Assembly: GCA_022571985.1 (NCBI GenBank)
Contig: JACZWU010000004.1
Span: 64,319 to 128,318, forward strand
DNA length: 64,000 nt
DNA from: Candidatus Zixiibacteriota bacterium
GTDB taxonomy: Bacteria > Zixibacteria > MSB-5A5 > GN15 > FEB-12
Direction: 5' to 3'
A program made the position numbers and the translations under genes. A model generated the notes under the pieces. The model saw only the letters and a list, made by a program, of their open reading frames with translations, made no database searches and was not told where the DNA came from. Below are positions 18,103 to 28,562 of the stretch, in pieces. Each line of letters begins with the position of its first letter. Positions within the stretch are counted from its first letter, which is position 1.

Positions 18103-18705
18103 ATGTCAAAAGAGACAGCTAAAGAAATAGACTACAGGTTGATGAGAGCGGTTCAGAACGGGGATATGGTCGCCTTTAACGGCATCGTAGACCGTTACAA
18201 AAATCGCCTGATGAATGTTCTGACAAGGATGCTTTCTTCGACAGAAGAGGCTGAAGATGTAGTCCAGGAGACATTTGTCCGGGTCTATCTGCATCGTCAG
18301 TCTTTCAATTTTAAGCATTGTCTGTCTACCTGGATTTATACTATCGGCTTAAATCTTGGGCGCAACGAACTTCGCCGCCGCAAGAAATTCAAATTTTATG
18401 ATATTTCTGATATGAAAGGAAACGAGCCTGAGCTTTCGGTAAAGATGAAACTACCGAGCCGCCTTCCTGAAGCAATCAGCAATGCAGTAGGGGAACTTCC
18501 GGAAAAATACCGGACAGCATTTATATTGCGTGATGTTCAGGAGATGTCTTATGAAGAAGTAGCTCAGGTTCTTAGCGTTCCCCTGGGAACAGTTAAATCA
18601 CGTGTGAACCGAGCAAGAATGATGTTGCGAGATAAATTGCAACCGAGACTGGAGGAACAAAATGCGTTGTCAAAAGGTACGCTCTTACCTGTCGGCTTAT
18701 TGTAA
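18103..18705 (+). CDS. ECF RNA polymerase sigma factor
   Basis: AEDVVQETFVRVY, LSTWIYTIGLN, SYEEVAQVLSVPLGTVKSRVNRAR. ATG 18103 is preferred over the track's GTG 18046. Confidence 0.93.
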   Translation: MSKETAKEIDYRLMRAVQNGDMVAFNGIVDRYKNRLMNVLTRMLSSTEEAEDVVQETFVRVYLHRQSFNFKHCLSTWIYTIGLNLGRNELRRRKKFKFYDISDMKGNEPELSVKMKLPSRLPEAISNAVGELPEKYRTAFILRDVQEMSYEEVAQVLSVPLGTVKSRVNRARMMLRDKLQPRLEEQNALSKGTLLPVGLL

Positions 18706-19357
18706 CGATGAGTTGGCGGGCCGCCGTCAAATGGCGCTGAGCGACCACCTCACCAATTGCAAAAATTGCCGGCAGGAAGAACAGAATTTCCGGGCGATAA
18801 TTCGTTCAAGCAAAGAGCTGAAGTCATTTCAAGTTAGTGAAGGCTTTAACAATCGCCTGCTTGATCGTATTGGCCATGAACGTTTTGCTGAAACCCGTAC
18901 CAAGGCATTACTGCCCAGACCGGCGCCGTCTTTATTAGTGCGCAGACTACTGCCGGCATTGGTAACTACTGCTTTGCTTGTTTTTGTAGGCATAAATTAT
19001 TTTTCTGCTGAAAATAATGCGGGCTCTGATATGACTCTGGCCGGTAGCGGTCAATCAGCTGACGATTCTTATCTGACTGCTCAGCCGTTAAACAATCCGA
19101 ATCTGACTGGCACGCTTCACCAAAGCTGGACTCTGGATGGACAGTTAGCCCGTTCTGAAAGAATTAATAGAATCTCCAACCAGCTGACTTATAGTTCGCC
19201 GTTTAGTCTGGCCGGAAGCAGAATGAATACAAGTGTTACCACCCGCTCCTATGGGTTGGGACCATATGTAAGCGGATTCTACCGGATTCGACCGGTAATT
19301 AGAGTTTTTCATTCCCCCCGTTCTGTAACGGATAAGGAGGAAGATACTATTTACTAA
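18662..19357 (+). CDS. Zinc-finger (zf-HC2) membrane anti-sigma factor
   Basis: CQKVRSYLSAY...HLTNCKNC, followed by a single TM; overlaps the sigma gene. Confidence 0.88.
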   Translation: MRCQKVRSYLSAYCNDELAGRRQMALSDHLTNCKNCRQEEQNFRAIIRSSKELKSFQVSEGFNNRLLDRIGHERFAETRTKALLPRPAPSLLVRRLLPALVTTALLVFVGINYFSAENNAGSDMTLAGSGQSADDSYLTAQPLNNPNLTGTLHQSWTLDGQLARSERINRISNQLTYSSPFSLAGSRMNTSVTTRSYGLGPYVSGFYRIRPVIRVFHSPRSVTDKEEDTIY

Positions 19358-19358
19358 A

Positions 19359-20561
19359 ATGTTAAAGTTGTTTTCAGGGATCGCTTCCAGAGTAGTCCCT
19401 TTCTTTTTCATACTTATTTTAATATCAGCCGCCAGCAAAGCTGCAGACAGTTCGCTGGCGCCGCTTGAGAGAGGTCTCTTTAAGCTGATATCAAGGCTGT
19501 CCCAGTCAGTAGTTACAATAGAGGCCACAAAATCACAGGTTGAGCCGTCTCTTCTTGGAGCTGCCGGTCCCGGCATAGTCAAGGTAATAGCATCAGGAGT
19601 TGTTTTTGATTCACTGGGACACATAATTATTGCGGCCAGTTCTGTAAGCGGGTGTGACAAATTGTACGTTGTCTACGGGGGTTTTAAGATTAGCGCACGA
19701 TTGATAGGCATAGATTACCAGACAGGCCTGGCGCTTATAAAACCTGCCAGACCAATCGGGAGACCGGTTGAAGCGCTTGAAAATTATCGCTGCGTCGGTC
19801 AGCTTGTAATCGCAGTCGGTAACAGTTACGGTCTTCACGCCAGCCCATCGCTTGGCTTTTGTGCTGGTGCCAGAAACGACGGCTCGCTTCAGTTTTCTGC
19901 AGCGATTACCTCTGGCTCAATAGGAGGAGGACTTTTTGATTTATCAGGAAGGCTCATAGGTGCGATTATCGGCGGAATCGGCAGCGATACGCGGACAGAA
20001 GCCGGGCTGGCAGTTCCGGCCAGCGAAATTCCGGCTATTGTAGAGCATTTGATTAAATATGGTGATCGCAGGGCCGGTTTCCTGGGTATTACAATTGGTG
20101 AGATAGAAATAAGTCCGCCGCTTGAAATTGGTTCAGCAAACTCAATGATTTCGGGGCAAACTTCAGGTTTCAGCAGGTTAATAGAACAAAGTGCTGTCAT
20201 AACCGAAGTCGTACGATTCTCGCCTGCTGCCAGCGCAGGGCTAAGGCAGGGAGATCTTATCATAAGTGTCAACGGAGAACAGATTCACTCAGCTCTGGAA
20301 TTTGCGTATAGAATAAAGCACGCCAGATTCGGCTCGATCTTGAGGCTTGAACTAATAAGGCAGAATGAGCTAATTTATACGGATGTCATCGTTGGCTCAA
20401 GAAGTGCAGATTTGAACCAGAGATTTGGCAGCTCATCAGGCAACAAGCCCGAGGGGAAAATCTCTCAAAAACACATACATCAGGAGCTTGAAACGCTCAA
20501 AAAGGCAGTCAGGCGGCTCGAACAGCAGTTTCACAGCATTAATTCCCAAGATATAGATTGA
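19359..20561 (+). CDS. HtrA/DegP-like trypsin-fold plus PDZ protein, catalytic triad absent
   Basis: ASGVVFD, VIAVGNSYGL, SAAITSGSIGGGL, PDZ SPAASAGLRQGDLIISVNG. Confidence 0.85.
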   Translation: MLKLFSGIASRVVPFFFILILISAASKAADSSLAPLERGLFKLISRLSQSVVTIEATKSQVEPSLLGAAGPGIVKVIASGVVFDSLGHIIIAASSVSGCDKLYVVYGGFKISARLIGIDYQTGLALIKPARPIGRPVEALENYRCVGQLVIAVGNSYGLHASPSLGFCAGARNDGSLQFSAAITSGSIGGGLFDLSGRLIGAIIGGIGSDTRTEAGLAVPASEIPAIVEHLIKYGDRRAGFLGITIGEIEISPPLEIGSANSMISGQTSGFSRLIEQSAVITEVVRFSPAASAGLRQGDLIISVNGEQIHSALEFAYRIKHARFGSILRLELIRQNELIYTDVIVGSRSADLNQRFGSSSGNKPEGKISQKHIHQELETLKKAVRRLEQQFHSINSQDID

Positions 20562-20728
20562 ACCCAGCGTTCAAATCGCTTAGTTTTTAGACCGGCAATG
20601 AGCGCCGCTTTGATTAAACTATGATTATGAACGGCAATATCATTTATCGGACTGTATCGATAGCAATAATTAACCTGCATTTCTTGTCAAACAAACAATA
20701 CCTGGCTTCGGACGTAGAAAGTTAGCAG

Positions 20729-23700
20729 ATGATTAAGTTTTTAAAAATTCTGTTTTACATTGCAGTTGTAATAGTAGTACTAATCGGGGGAGTTTATCTG
20801 TATCTCTTTCAGGCAGGTGGCTTGGAAAGCATTGTATCAAAAAAGATACATGACCTGGTTTCAGACAAGTACGGTTTAAATATCAGCATCGGTAATATCA
20901 GCGGTGATATTGTCTCCGCTGTAGTGATTAAAGATATCAGCGTTAATTTTAGAGACAGCCTTGGACAAATTGAACTGCTGGTGATTCCAACTCTGCTGGC
21001 CCGTTATTCTTTGAAAGGCCTGCTCTCAAGCGATTATGACTTCGAACTTATTGAGATTGACTCTGCCAGAATAAGACTGGTCGAAAGTGGTTCAGGAAAA
21101 TGGCGGCTTCCTTTATTTTTTTCGGACAAACCCGCTGAAGGAGAAAGTGGCAGCGGCGGCTCCGCAGCTTACGGCCTGATATCCAGGCTGCAGCTAAACA
21201 ACGCCAGCGTTGTAATAGAAAAAAGTAGTGATACCTTAAGTTTTTCAGAAATCAACCTGGCTGCTTCGCTGATGGTGCAGGGGAACACTTACGCTGTAGA
21301 TCTAAGCCGTCTGTCAGCAAACTCAAGCCGGCAGGACTATAAACTTGATTACTGCTCAGGCAAATTGACATTTGCTAAGGGGCTCTTATCCTTTCAGGAA
21401 CTGAGCTTTGGCAAGGGTGAAAGTCGCTTGAGACTTAGCGGCACTGTTGATACCAGGGGTCTTACAGCGCAGTTTTCATTTGCAGCTGACAACCTTAATA
21501 TTGCAGAAATATCTGCCTATGCCGGCCAGAATTTGAAAGGCAAAATTGATATCAACGGCAAGCTTGACATAGGAAATTCCGAAATGAAGGCATCTCTGGA
21601 TCTGGCTGGCACCTTTCAAATTGCTGAATTTAAAAATATCCACATTGACATGCGGTATTCTGAAGGCATTGTCAATTTAGATACAGTCTATGGCACGATT
21701 TTCGACCATTGCTCTGTGGACGGCAGCGGCCTCCTTGATCTCACCGGCGATGTCGAAAAGTATACTATTGTTGCTGCCATTCGAGGTTTTAATCTGAAGA
21801 GTCTTGTAAAAAATGGTTTTGAGTCTGACTTAAGCGGTGATATACGTTTAAGTGGTTCATCATTTAAGAACAGCGATCTGAGGTTAGACATAGATGCCTC
21901 GCTATATGAATCCAGCTTCAATGGCTACCAGCTGCATTCTGCAATAGGCAGCATGGTCATCACCACTGACTCGATAGAATTCCTGAAACCGTTCGCTATC
22001 AAGTATTTTGAAAATGATTTCAGATTCAGCGGGATTATAAATTATAAAGACAGCCTGAATATTGAACTAAGCGCACAACTGCAGAATCTTGAGCGATATC
22101 ATGACAAACTGTTTATTAAAAGACCTGCCGGCAGAGGCACCTTAACTGCCAGAGTAACTGGTAGAACCAGAGACCCTGACCTCTGGGCGAATTTTAAATC
22201 CGATTCTGTCTGGATATACGACCTGTACAGCGAACAGTTCAGTGCGACCGTTAATATTAAGAGTTTCCTTAAAAAAAAGCAGGGTGATATCGAACTCTTT
22301 ACCTACGGCGGTTCGGCCTGGGATGTTTCGCTAAACAAAGGCTATTCGTTTCTTAAAATAGATTCAAACATTGTCACAATAGACTCTGTCTATCTGGAAA
22401 ATGATTATTCATCGGTGCACACCAGCGGTGATCTTGATTACGAATCCCTGCCGATGTCGCTCGAGCTAAAGGCGTTTGAGCTTAAATTATTTAATCAGCA
22501 GTTCGTCAACCGGGGATCTGTTAATATCGAAATTGATTCACTAGGGTTCTATTTCCGTCAGGCGGCGCTGGCCAATGATGAAATGCTGCTCTCGGCGACC
22601 GGGTCAGTAGGCTACGACGAATCGATGGACATGGATTTCTTCTTTGATGAACTGCAGATTTCTCCCTGGATGAAACTGGTCTTTGAAAAAGACCTGCTAA
22701 GCGGAGAAGTTTCCGGAAGAGCTTCTGTGCAAGGTACGTTTATGCAGCCGGTTTTTGATATCAGTTTGATAGTGGATTCGCTTGTTCTTAAAGGCGTCCA
22801 TCTGGGCAACCTTGCTACGGACGCACAATACAGCAATAAACTGCTGGTCATTGACAGCATTGCCTTAGTCTCCGAACAAGGGCGGTATTTTATAGCCGGA
22901 GTGGTGCCTGTTAATCTTTCGCTCTCTGGTGCTACGGTTAAAAGATTACTTGATAAACCGATGCAATTGTCAGTCCTGGCCACAGACAAGAAGTTTGACC
23001 TTTTATCCGCAATGCTGCCGGATATTGAGCAGCTCGAAGGTGATTTTGTGACGGATTTCAAAATATTTGGAACACCAAATAACCCGCATCTGGAAGGAAT
23101 GGCCTACATCCGCCAGGCCAGGCTGAAATACTTTGACCTCGAAGAATATATTTATTCGGACTCAATTGGTGTTACGATGGTGGATAATAGAATTGTACTC
23201 GACTCTATAGAAGCCTACGCCTACAGGGGAAATAAAAAGAACTCTCCCAAAAGATATGCGGAATTAGAAGGTGAAATTATTGTTAAGGCCTTAGATAATC
23301 TTTACTATGATGTATATCTGACTTTGCCGCGAGAGTTTCCGTTTAATTATGAACTGGCTGATATCCGCGGTTCAATTGAGGGAGAAATGCATATTCAGGG
23401 AGATACCCCTCCGATTGTAACCGGGGATCTGGCACTTGTTGCTATGCGCTATGCGGTAAATTTTGCAGAGCCGGATGAAGGCTCTCCGATAATGATGGCT
23501 TTTTCAGAAGAAGGCAGCTGGGGCTTGAACTTAAATATTGATATATTGTCCAACTACTGGGTGAAAAATGACGACATTGACGCCCAGTTCAGCGGCTTTA
23601 TAAACATAATCAGAGAGAACGGCCGGGAGAAATTGATAGGAGAACTGGAAGTAGTCAGGGGCAGAGGCTTTCTGTTTGACAAGACATTCCGGCTGGAACC

Positions 23701-24286
23701 GGGAGGTACTGTCATATTTGATGGCGGTGACTCGCTTAACCCCAGGCTTAATCTGGTCGCTTATACCAGAATTACCAGCTATTCGCCTTCTCTTCTCGAA
23801 GAAGATCAGGTTTCGATTCAAAGAATACTGGGCATAAGAATTTCCGGGACACTTGACCATCCGGATATTTCGGTAACTGATGATTCTGAAGTATCTGAAG
23901 ATGAACTTCTGCCGGCTTTGGCCGGAACTGAATACGGAGAGGGAGATATCTCTTCTTTCGGTAGTTTCGGGCAAAGGGTCTCAAGCGTGGTAGCCAGCCA
24001 GGTTTCCAGAATTGGAAGTAAGCAGTTCCGGCAACTGGGCCTGGAAACATTTGAAGTTGACCCGGGTTATTACCGCGGAGATTTGGATCTGGCTAGGACC
24101 CGTTTTACTCTCGGCTTTTCTCCGTTTGATCCGAACCTGTATGTTTACGGCAAGTCGGCTTTTGGTTCAACCACCGGACAGGAGATTGGCTTTGAATACC
24201 GCAGATTCAAATCTTTTATTTTAGAAGGTCGCCGCGACGAAGAGGAATTATATCATCTGAATCTAAAACTCCACTGGGAATTTTAA
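20729..24286 (+). CDS. tamB: TamB/AsmA-like translocation and assembly module protein
   Basis: N-terminal TM anchor, long beta-taco-like sequence, DUF490-like C-terminus (GELEVVRG...NPRLNLVA); coupled to an Omp85 gene by TAATG. Confidence 0.75.
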   Translation: MIKFLKILFYIAVVIVVLIGGVYLYLFQAGGLESIVSKKIHDLVSDKYGLNISIGNISGDIVSAVVIKDISVNFRDSLGQIELLVIPTLLARYSLKGLLSSDYDFELIEIDSARIRLVESGSGKWRLPLFFSDKPAEGESGSGGSAAYGLISRLQLNNASVVIEKSSDTLSFSEINLAASLMVQGNTYAVDLSRLSANSSRQDYKLDYCSGKLTFAKGLLSFQELSFGKGESRLRLSGTVDTRGLTAQFSFAADNLNIAEISAYAGQNLKGKIDINGKLDIGNSEMKASLDLAGTFQIAEFKNIHIDMRYSEGIVNLDTVYGTIFDHCSVDGSGLLDLTGDVEKYTIVAAIRGFNLKSLVKNGFESDLSGDIRLSGSSFKNSDLRLDIDASLYESSFNGYQLHSAIGSMVITTDSIEFLKPFAIKYFENDFRFSGIINYKDSLNIELSAQLQNLERYHDKLFIKRPAGRGTLTARVTGRTRDPDLWANFKSDSVWIYDLYSEQFSATVNIKSFLKKKQGDIELFTYGGSAWDVSLNKGYSFLKIDSNIVTIDSVYLENDYSSVHTSGDLDYESLPMSLELKAFELKLFNQQFVNRGSVNIEIDSLGFYFRQAALANDEMLLSATGSVGYDESMDMDFFFDELQISPWMKLVFEKDLLSGEVSGRASVQGTFMQPVFDISLIVDSLVLKGVHLGNLATDAQYSNKLLVIDSIALVSEQGRYFIAGVVPVNLSLSGATVKRLLDKPMQLSVLATDKKFDLLSAMLPDIEQLEGDFVTDFKIFGTPNNPHLEGMAYIRQARLKYFDLEEYIYSDSIGVTMVDNRIVLDSIEAYAYRGNKKNSPKRYAELEGEIIVKALDNLYYDVYLTLPREFPFNYELADIRGSIEGEMHIQGDTPPIVTGDLALVAMRYAVNFAEPDEGSPIMMAFSEEGSWGLNLNIDILSNYWVKNDDIDAQFSGFINIIRENGREKLIGELEVVRGRGFLFDKTFRLEPGGTVIFDGGDSLNPRLNLVAYTRITSYSPSLLEEDQVSIQRILGIRISGTLDHPDISVTDDSEVSEDELLPALAGTEYGEGDISSFGSFGQRVSSVVASQVSRIGSKQFRQLGLETFEVDPGYYRGDLDLARTRFTLGFSPFDPNLYVYGKSAFGSTTGQEIGFEYRRFKSFILEGRRDEEELYHLNLKLHWEF

Positions 24287-26214
24287 TGCGCCTGAATCGA
24301 TTTAGTTTCTGTATATTTGCAATGTTTCTGTTTTTCTTTTCGAATTCCCAAGCCATAGACCGGGAAACTTTGCGGTGGATGCGTTCTAAACCAAAAATCA
24401 CCAAAATTGAAATAACAGGTAATAAGACTCTATCAGAGGGCGACATCAAAAGTCAGATGTATTCAAGAGAGTTCGGATTCTTTAAAGCTCTGGGAAAAGA
24501 CCGACGAATCTATCTGCAGCGGGAAACACTTCGCCGAGACACCCTCGAAATAAAGTTTCTATATTTAAAAAATGGTTATCTGGATATTGAAATAAAAGAA
24601 GAATTTATACTTAATCAGATTGATTCCAGCGCTACTGTCTCGGTGCAGTTAAAAGAAGGCAAACTTTACCGGTTCGGCAAAAAAGAATTGAAAGGCAGCT
24701 ACGACAGCAAGTTCGGTCATAATCTCAATAAAATGATGCGAACGCTTAAAGAAGGCAAACCGTTTAATATTTTTTTAGTTCGCGGCATCGTTTTTGATAT
24801 GAAAACCTATCTGGCCAACGAAGGTTACCCCTATGCAATCATAGATTTTGCCATAGATAAATCAAGCGACAGCGAATTTGATAATATACTAATCACAGTA
24901 GAATCTGATTCTCTGGTTCATTTTGGCGAAGTACGAATCATTGGGAATGACAATTTTCCCAGCTATACCGCCAGAAGAGAAATTACCATAAAGCAGAATA
25001 ATATTTACCGGAGAAAAGACATTCTTAATTCACAAAGACGTCTTTTGGAGTCAGGTTATTATACTACTGTCCGTTTTGAACAGGACGATACCACTGAGAA
25101 TCGTTTGATGCCCGACTTCGTCCTGTCTGTCCGTGAGCGCAAACCTCATTACATTACGTTTACAACTGGTGCCGGACAGTCCGAAGACAAGGATTTAGTC
25201 TGGGGAATTTCAGGCAGATACGGAAAAAGAAATTTTGTAGGCTCCCGCAGATATGATCTTTTGTCGGACTACTCTTTTACATTAGGTAACGGCTCAAGAC
25301 TAATTGAACACCGCTACCGGGTAAGGTTTACCGAGCCGTGGTTTTTAGGTATCCGCATGCCGCTTATATTAACCAGTGAACTGCAGCCGAAAATAAAAGA
25401 CCCCAACAGAAATTTTGACAGGCAGTCATGGTCTCTTTCGGCAGCGACGACCCGAAGGATTGGACTCAAAGCCAGGTCGACCGCTGGTTTTGAATATGAG
25501 TATGTAGAAATAAGCGGAGTTCCTGAAACCGAGATAGAGCTGCTTAAAGCAGAGGAGGGTAACTCAGCCCGTAGAAAGATTTATTTTACTTTTCGTCGGG
25601 ACAGCCGTGATGACCTGTTTGTTCCCCGCAGAGGCGCCTTTACAAGTTTTAGCGTTGAGTATGTAGGCGGATTTTTAGGAGGGGATGATAATTACTCAAA
25701 AACGCAGTTTTCATGGTCAACTTATCAGATGATAAAACCGGACTGGATATCAGCGACGCGAATCAAAGTTGGCTGGGCCAGAGCGTTTGATAAAACAGAG
25801 GCAGTTCCAATTGACGAAGCCCTCTTTTTGGGTGGTGCCAACTCTGTTCGCGGCTTTAGCACGGAAAGTCTGGGTCCAATAGATCCGGTGTCCGGCGAGG
25901 TCGAGGGGGCTACTTATACTATTCTGTTCAATCAGGAGCTCAGGTGGAAAACCCTGCAAGTTTTTAACTATCTGCCGATATTGCGCAAGCTATTCTCGTC
26001 TTTGCCCCTGTGGCAGTCGCTATTTTTCGATATGGGTAACGGTTTCAGACAACTGGAAGACATAAAAGCCAGCGCTTTTGCTTATAGCTATGGGACAGGT
26101 ATACAGATAATGTCTCCGGCCGGGCCTATAAGATTTGACTATGCCCAGCGAATTCCAACCAGTACAATACCTTTTGACAGTCGCTGGCACTTTACTATAT
26201 TGTATGCGTTCTAA
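24286..26214 (+). CDS. Omp85 family outer-membrane protein (TamA/BamA-like, about 3 POTRA domains)
   Basis: KIEITGNKTLS POTRA, LGGANSVRGF loop-6 motif, YSYGTGIQIMSPAGPIRFDYA, C-terminal Phe. Confidence 0.9.
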   Translation: MRLNRFSFCIFAMFLFFFSNSQAIDRETLRWMRSKPKITKIEITGNKTLSEGDIKSQMYSREFGFFKALGKDRRIYLQRETLRRDTLEIKFLYLKNGYLDIEIKEEFILNQIDSSATVSVQLKEGKLYRFGKKELKGSYDSKFGHNLNKMMRTLKEGKPFNIFLVRGIVFDMKTYLANEGYPYAIIDFAIDKSSDSEFDNILITVESDSLVHFGEVRIIGNDNFPSYTARREITIKQNNIYRRKDILNSQRRLLESGYYTTVRFEQDDTTENRLMPDFVLSVRERKPHYITFTTGAGQSEDKDLVWGISGRYGKRNFVGSRRYDLLSDYSFTLGNGSRLIEHRYRVRFTEPWFLGIRMPLILTSELQPKIKDPNRNFDRQSWSLSAATTRRIGLKARSTAGFEYEYVEISGVPETEIELLKAEEGNSARRKIYFTFRRDSRDDLFVPRRGAFTSFSVEYVGGFLGGDDNYSKTQFSWSTYQMIKPDWISATRIKVGWARAFDKTEAVPIDEALFLGGANSVRGFSTESLGPIDPVSGEVEGATYTILFNQELRWKTLQVFNYLPILRKLFSSLPLWQSLFFDMGNGFRQLEDIKASAFAYSYGTGIQIMSPAGPIRFDYAQRIPTSTIPFDSRWHFTILYAF

Positions 26215-26236
26215 ATGATGTTAACGAGAACTGGTA

Positions 26237-27403
26237 ATGGAACAAATATACTTAGACCATAATGCTACAACGCCGGTTGACCCCGAGGTCGCCGAAATCA
26301 TGAGCCGCTATTTTGTCAAAGATTTCGGCAATGCCAGCTCTGTGCATAATTTTGGAAGAGATGCCAAGGTTGCTTTAGAGAATGCCCGTGAGCAAATAGC
26401 CGAATTTATCAACTGTGAGCCAGCGGAGCTTTATTTTACTTCAGGCGGGACAGAATCGGACAACATAGCTGTCTTGGGAACCACTTACCAATATAAGCGC
26501 AGAAAAAATCATTTGATTGTCGGCTCCACCGAGCACCACGCAGTTTTTGAGCCGGCCGAGTTTCTTCATCAAAAAGAAAACTGGGAGCTCGATTTCCTGC
26601 CGGTTGACAGAGACGGGTTTTGTACGGCAAGTGATCTGGAAGAACTTATATCCGACAAAACCGCACTTGTCTCGGTTATGCATGCCAACAACGAAACCGG
26701 AACGATACAGGACATAAAGACATTAGCTCAAATAGCTAACTCTCATAAAGTCCTATTCCATACTGATGCGGTGCAGTCAATCGGCAAAATAAGGGTCGAT
26801 GTCAAAGAACTCGGAGTAGATATGCTTTCTTTGAACGCGCACAAAATTTATGGTCCAAAAGGTATCGGCGCTCTTTTCATTCGTCAGGGCGTAAAGATAG
26901 CACCGTTGTTTTACGGAGGGTCGCATGAGAAAAAGCGGCGACCGGGCACAGAAAATGTAGCCGGAGCAGTCGGCCTTGCCAGGGCGCTTGAAATCGCCAG
27001 CCAGAGAATGGAACAGGACCACAAAAAACTCAGCGAGCTGGCTGACTATTTTATTGATAAAGTCGATAGCGCCATAGCAGATGTAGCGTTTAACGGCTCC
27101 AGAGAAAAAAGAATTCCGCAGACAGTTAATCTGTCGTTCGTTGGGATTGAAGGTGAGTCGATTCTGCTGTCTCTGGATCTTGAAGGCATCGCTTGTTCTT
27201 CCGGTTCGGCCTGTACTTCGGGCTCTACTGAGCCGTCGCATGTCATGACGGCCATGGGCAAACCAAAAATTGAAGCCCAAGGAGCTATTCGCTTTTCTCT
27301 CGGCCGCAGCACCACTGTCAAGCAGCTCGATTATGTCGTCGAAAAACTGATTCCAACTATAGAGAGACTGCGTTCTTTGTCTCCAGTATATGAAAAAGGT
27401 TAA
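26237..27403 (+). CDS. iscS: Cysteine desulfurase (IscS/NifS family)
   Basis: YLDHNATT, GNASSVH, FTSGGTESDN, AHKIYGPKG, CSSGSACTS. Confidence 0.9.
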   Translation: MEQIYLDHNATTPVDPEVAEIMSRYFVKDFGNASSVHNFGRDAKVALENAREQIAEFINCEPAELYFTSGGTESDNIAVLGTTYQYKRRKNHLIVGSTEHHAVFEPAEFLHQKENWELDFLPVDRDGFCTASDLEELISDKTALVSVMHANNETGTIQDIKTLAQIANSHKVLFHTDAVQSIGKIRVDVKELGVDMLSLNAHKIYGPKGIGALFIRQGVKIAPLFYGGSHEKKRRPGTENVAGAVGLARALEIASQRMEQDHKKLSELADYFIDKVDSAIADVAFNGSREKRIPQTVNLSFVGIEGESILLSLDLEGIACSSGSACTSGSTEPSHVMTAMGKPKIEAQGAIRFSLGRSTTVKQLDYVVEKLIPTIERLRSLSPVYEKG

Positions 27404-27470
27404 GCGGGGTTTTAAATCAACAAGTTAAACAAGCTGATGCTGTCAGCCGTTCTTTCAATTTAAAATAAGT

Positions 27471-28562
27471 ATGAATACTAAGATAAAAGTATTGGTAGCC
27501 ATGTCCGGTGGGGTCGATTCATCGGTAGCCGCGCTGCTTTTAAAAGAGCAGGGCTACGATGTTATCGGGGCGCACATGAAACTCTGGGATTATGTTGATG
27601 TTGGCGCCGACATTTACAAAGATGGCCGCTGCTGCACGATTGACTCTATAACCGACTGCCGTATTGTCTGTGACAGCATCGATGCGCCATTTTATGTGCT
27701 GAATATGTCAAAAGAGTTTAAGGCCACTGTCATAGATGATTTTGTGTCGGAGTATCACAAAGGCCGTACGCCTAACCCTTGTGTTCGCTGCAACTCCGAT
27801 GTCAAGTGGAATGAATTTTTGCACAAGGCCGAAAAGCTTGGCTGTGATTATATTGCTACCGGTCATTACGCCACTATCGAACAAAGCTCTTCCGGCCGCT
27901 GGCATATTCGCAAAGGCGTCGACGACACCCGTGACCAGTCCTATGTGCTCTGGGGAGTGACTCAGGAGGCTATATCGAAAACATTAATGCCGCTCGGAAA
28001 ACTGCTCAAAAGCGAAGTCCGTGAGATTGCCCACAAACACAATTTACGAACAGCCGACAAACCGGAATCACGCGAAATATGCTTTGTGGCTGACAACAAT
28101 TACCGTCGGTTCCTGCATGACTGGGAAGAAAAGCACGGCTCGGAGTCGGTTCCCGGTGAGATAGTTCATGAAAACGGCCAGGTCATGGGCCAGCATAACG
28201 GCATTGCGCATTTTACAGTAGGTCAGCGCAAAGGCCTGGGAATCACTCACCCGACGCCTCTTTATGTCCAGCGGGTAGAAGTTGACAGCCACCGCGTCAT
28301 AGTAGGAGACAACGATTCTTTGTTTGTCTCAAAACTTGAGGCCAGCGGTATCAACTGGATTGGCGGCTCTGCTGCTAATGGTCCCTTTGAGGCCGATATA
28401 AAGATTCGCTACCTGCATACTCCGGCAGTCGGAAAAGTCACTCCGCATTCTGAGACAGAAGCCTCTATTGAGTTTACAGTACCGCAGCGGGCGGTCACGT
28501 CCGGGCAGTCGGTCGTCTTTTACAACGGCGATATTGTCTTAGGTGGCGGGCTAATTGGATGA
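27471..28562 (+). CDS. mnmA: tRNA 2-thiouridine(34) synthase
   Basis: AMSGGVDSS, TPNPCVRCN, ATGHYA, DQSYVL, ESREICF, GQRKGLGI. Confidence 0.97.
   Translation: MNTKIKVLVAMSGGVDSSVAALLLKEQGYDVIGAHMKLWDYVDVGADIYKDGRCCTIDSITDCRIVCDSIDAPFYVLNMSKEFKATVIDDFVSEYHKGRTPNPCVRCNSDVKWNEFLHKAEKLGCDYIATGHYATIEQSSSGRWHIRKGVDDTRDQSYVLWGVTQEAISKTLMPLGKLLKSEVREIAHKHNLRTADKPESREICFVADNNYRRFLHDWEEKHGSESVPGEIVHENGQVMGQHNGIAHFTVGQRKGLGITHPTPLYVQRVEVDSHRVIVGDNDSLFVSKLEASGINWIGGSAANGPFEADIKIRYLHTPAVGKVTPHSETEASIEFTVPQRAVTSGQSVVFYNGDIVLGGGLIG

Noticed and set aside
18662-18705. 44-nt overlap of sigma and anti-sigma as a frameshift
   Set aside because: Both proteins are complete; the anti-sigma zinc-finger region begins at its own ATG, and such coupling is common
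26237-28562. Cysteine desulfurase as part of a selenium pathway
   Set aside because: Adjacency to mnmA is fully explained by tRNA U34 thiolation
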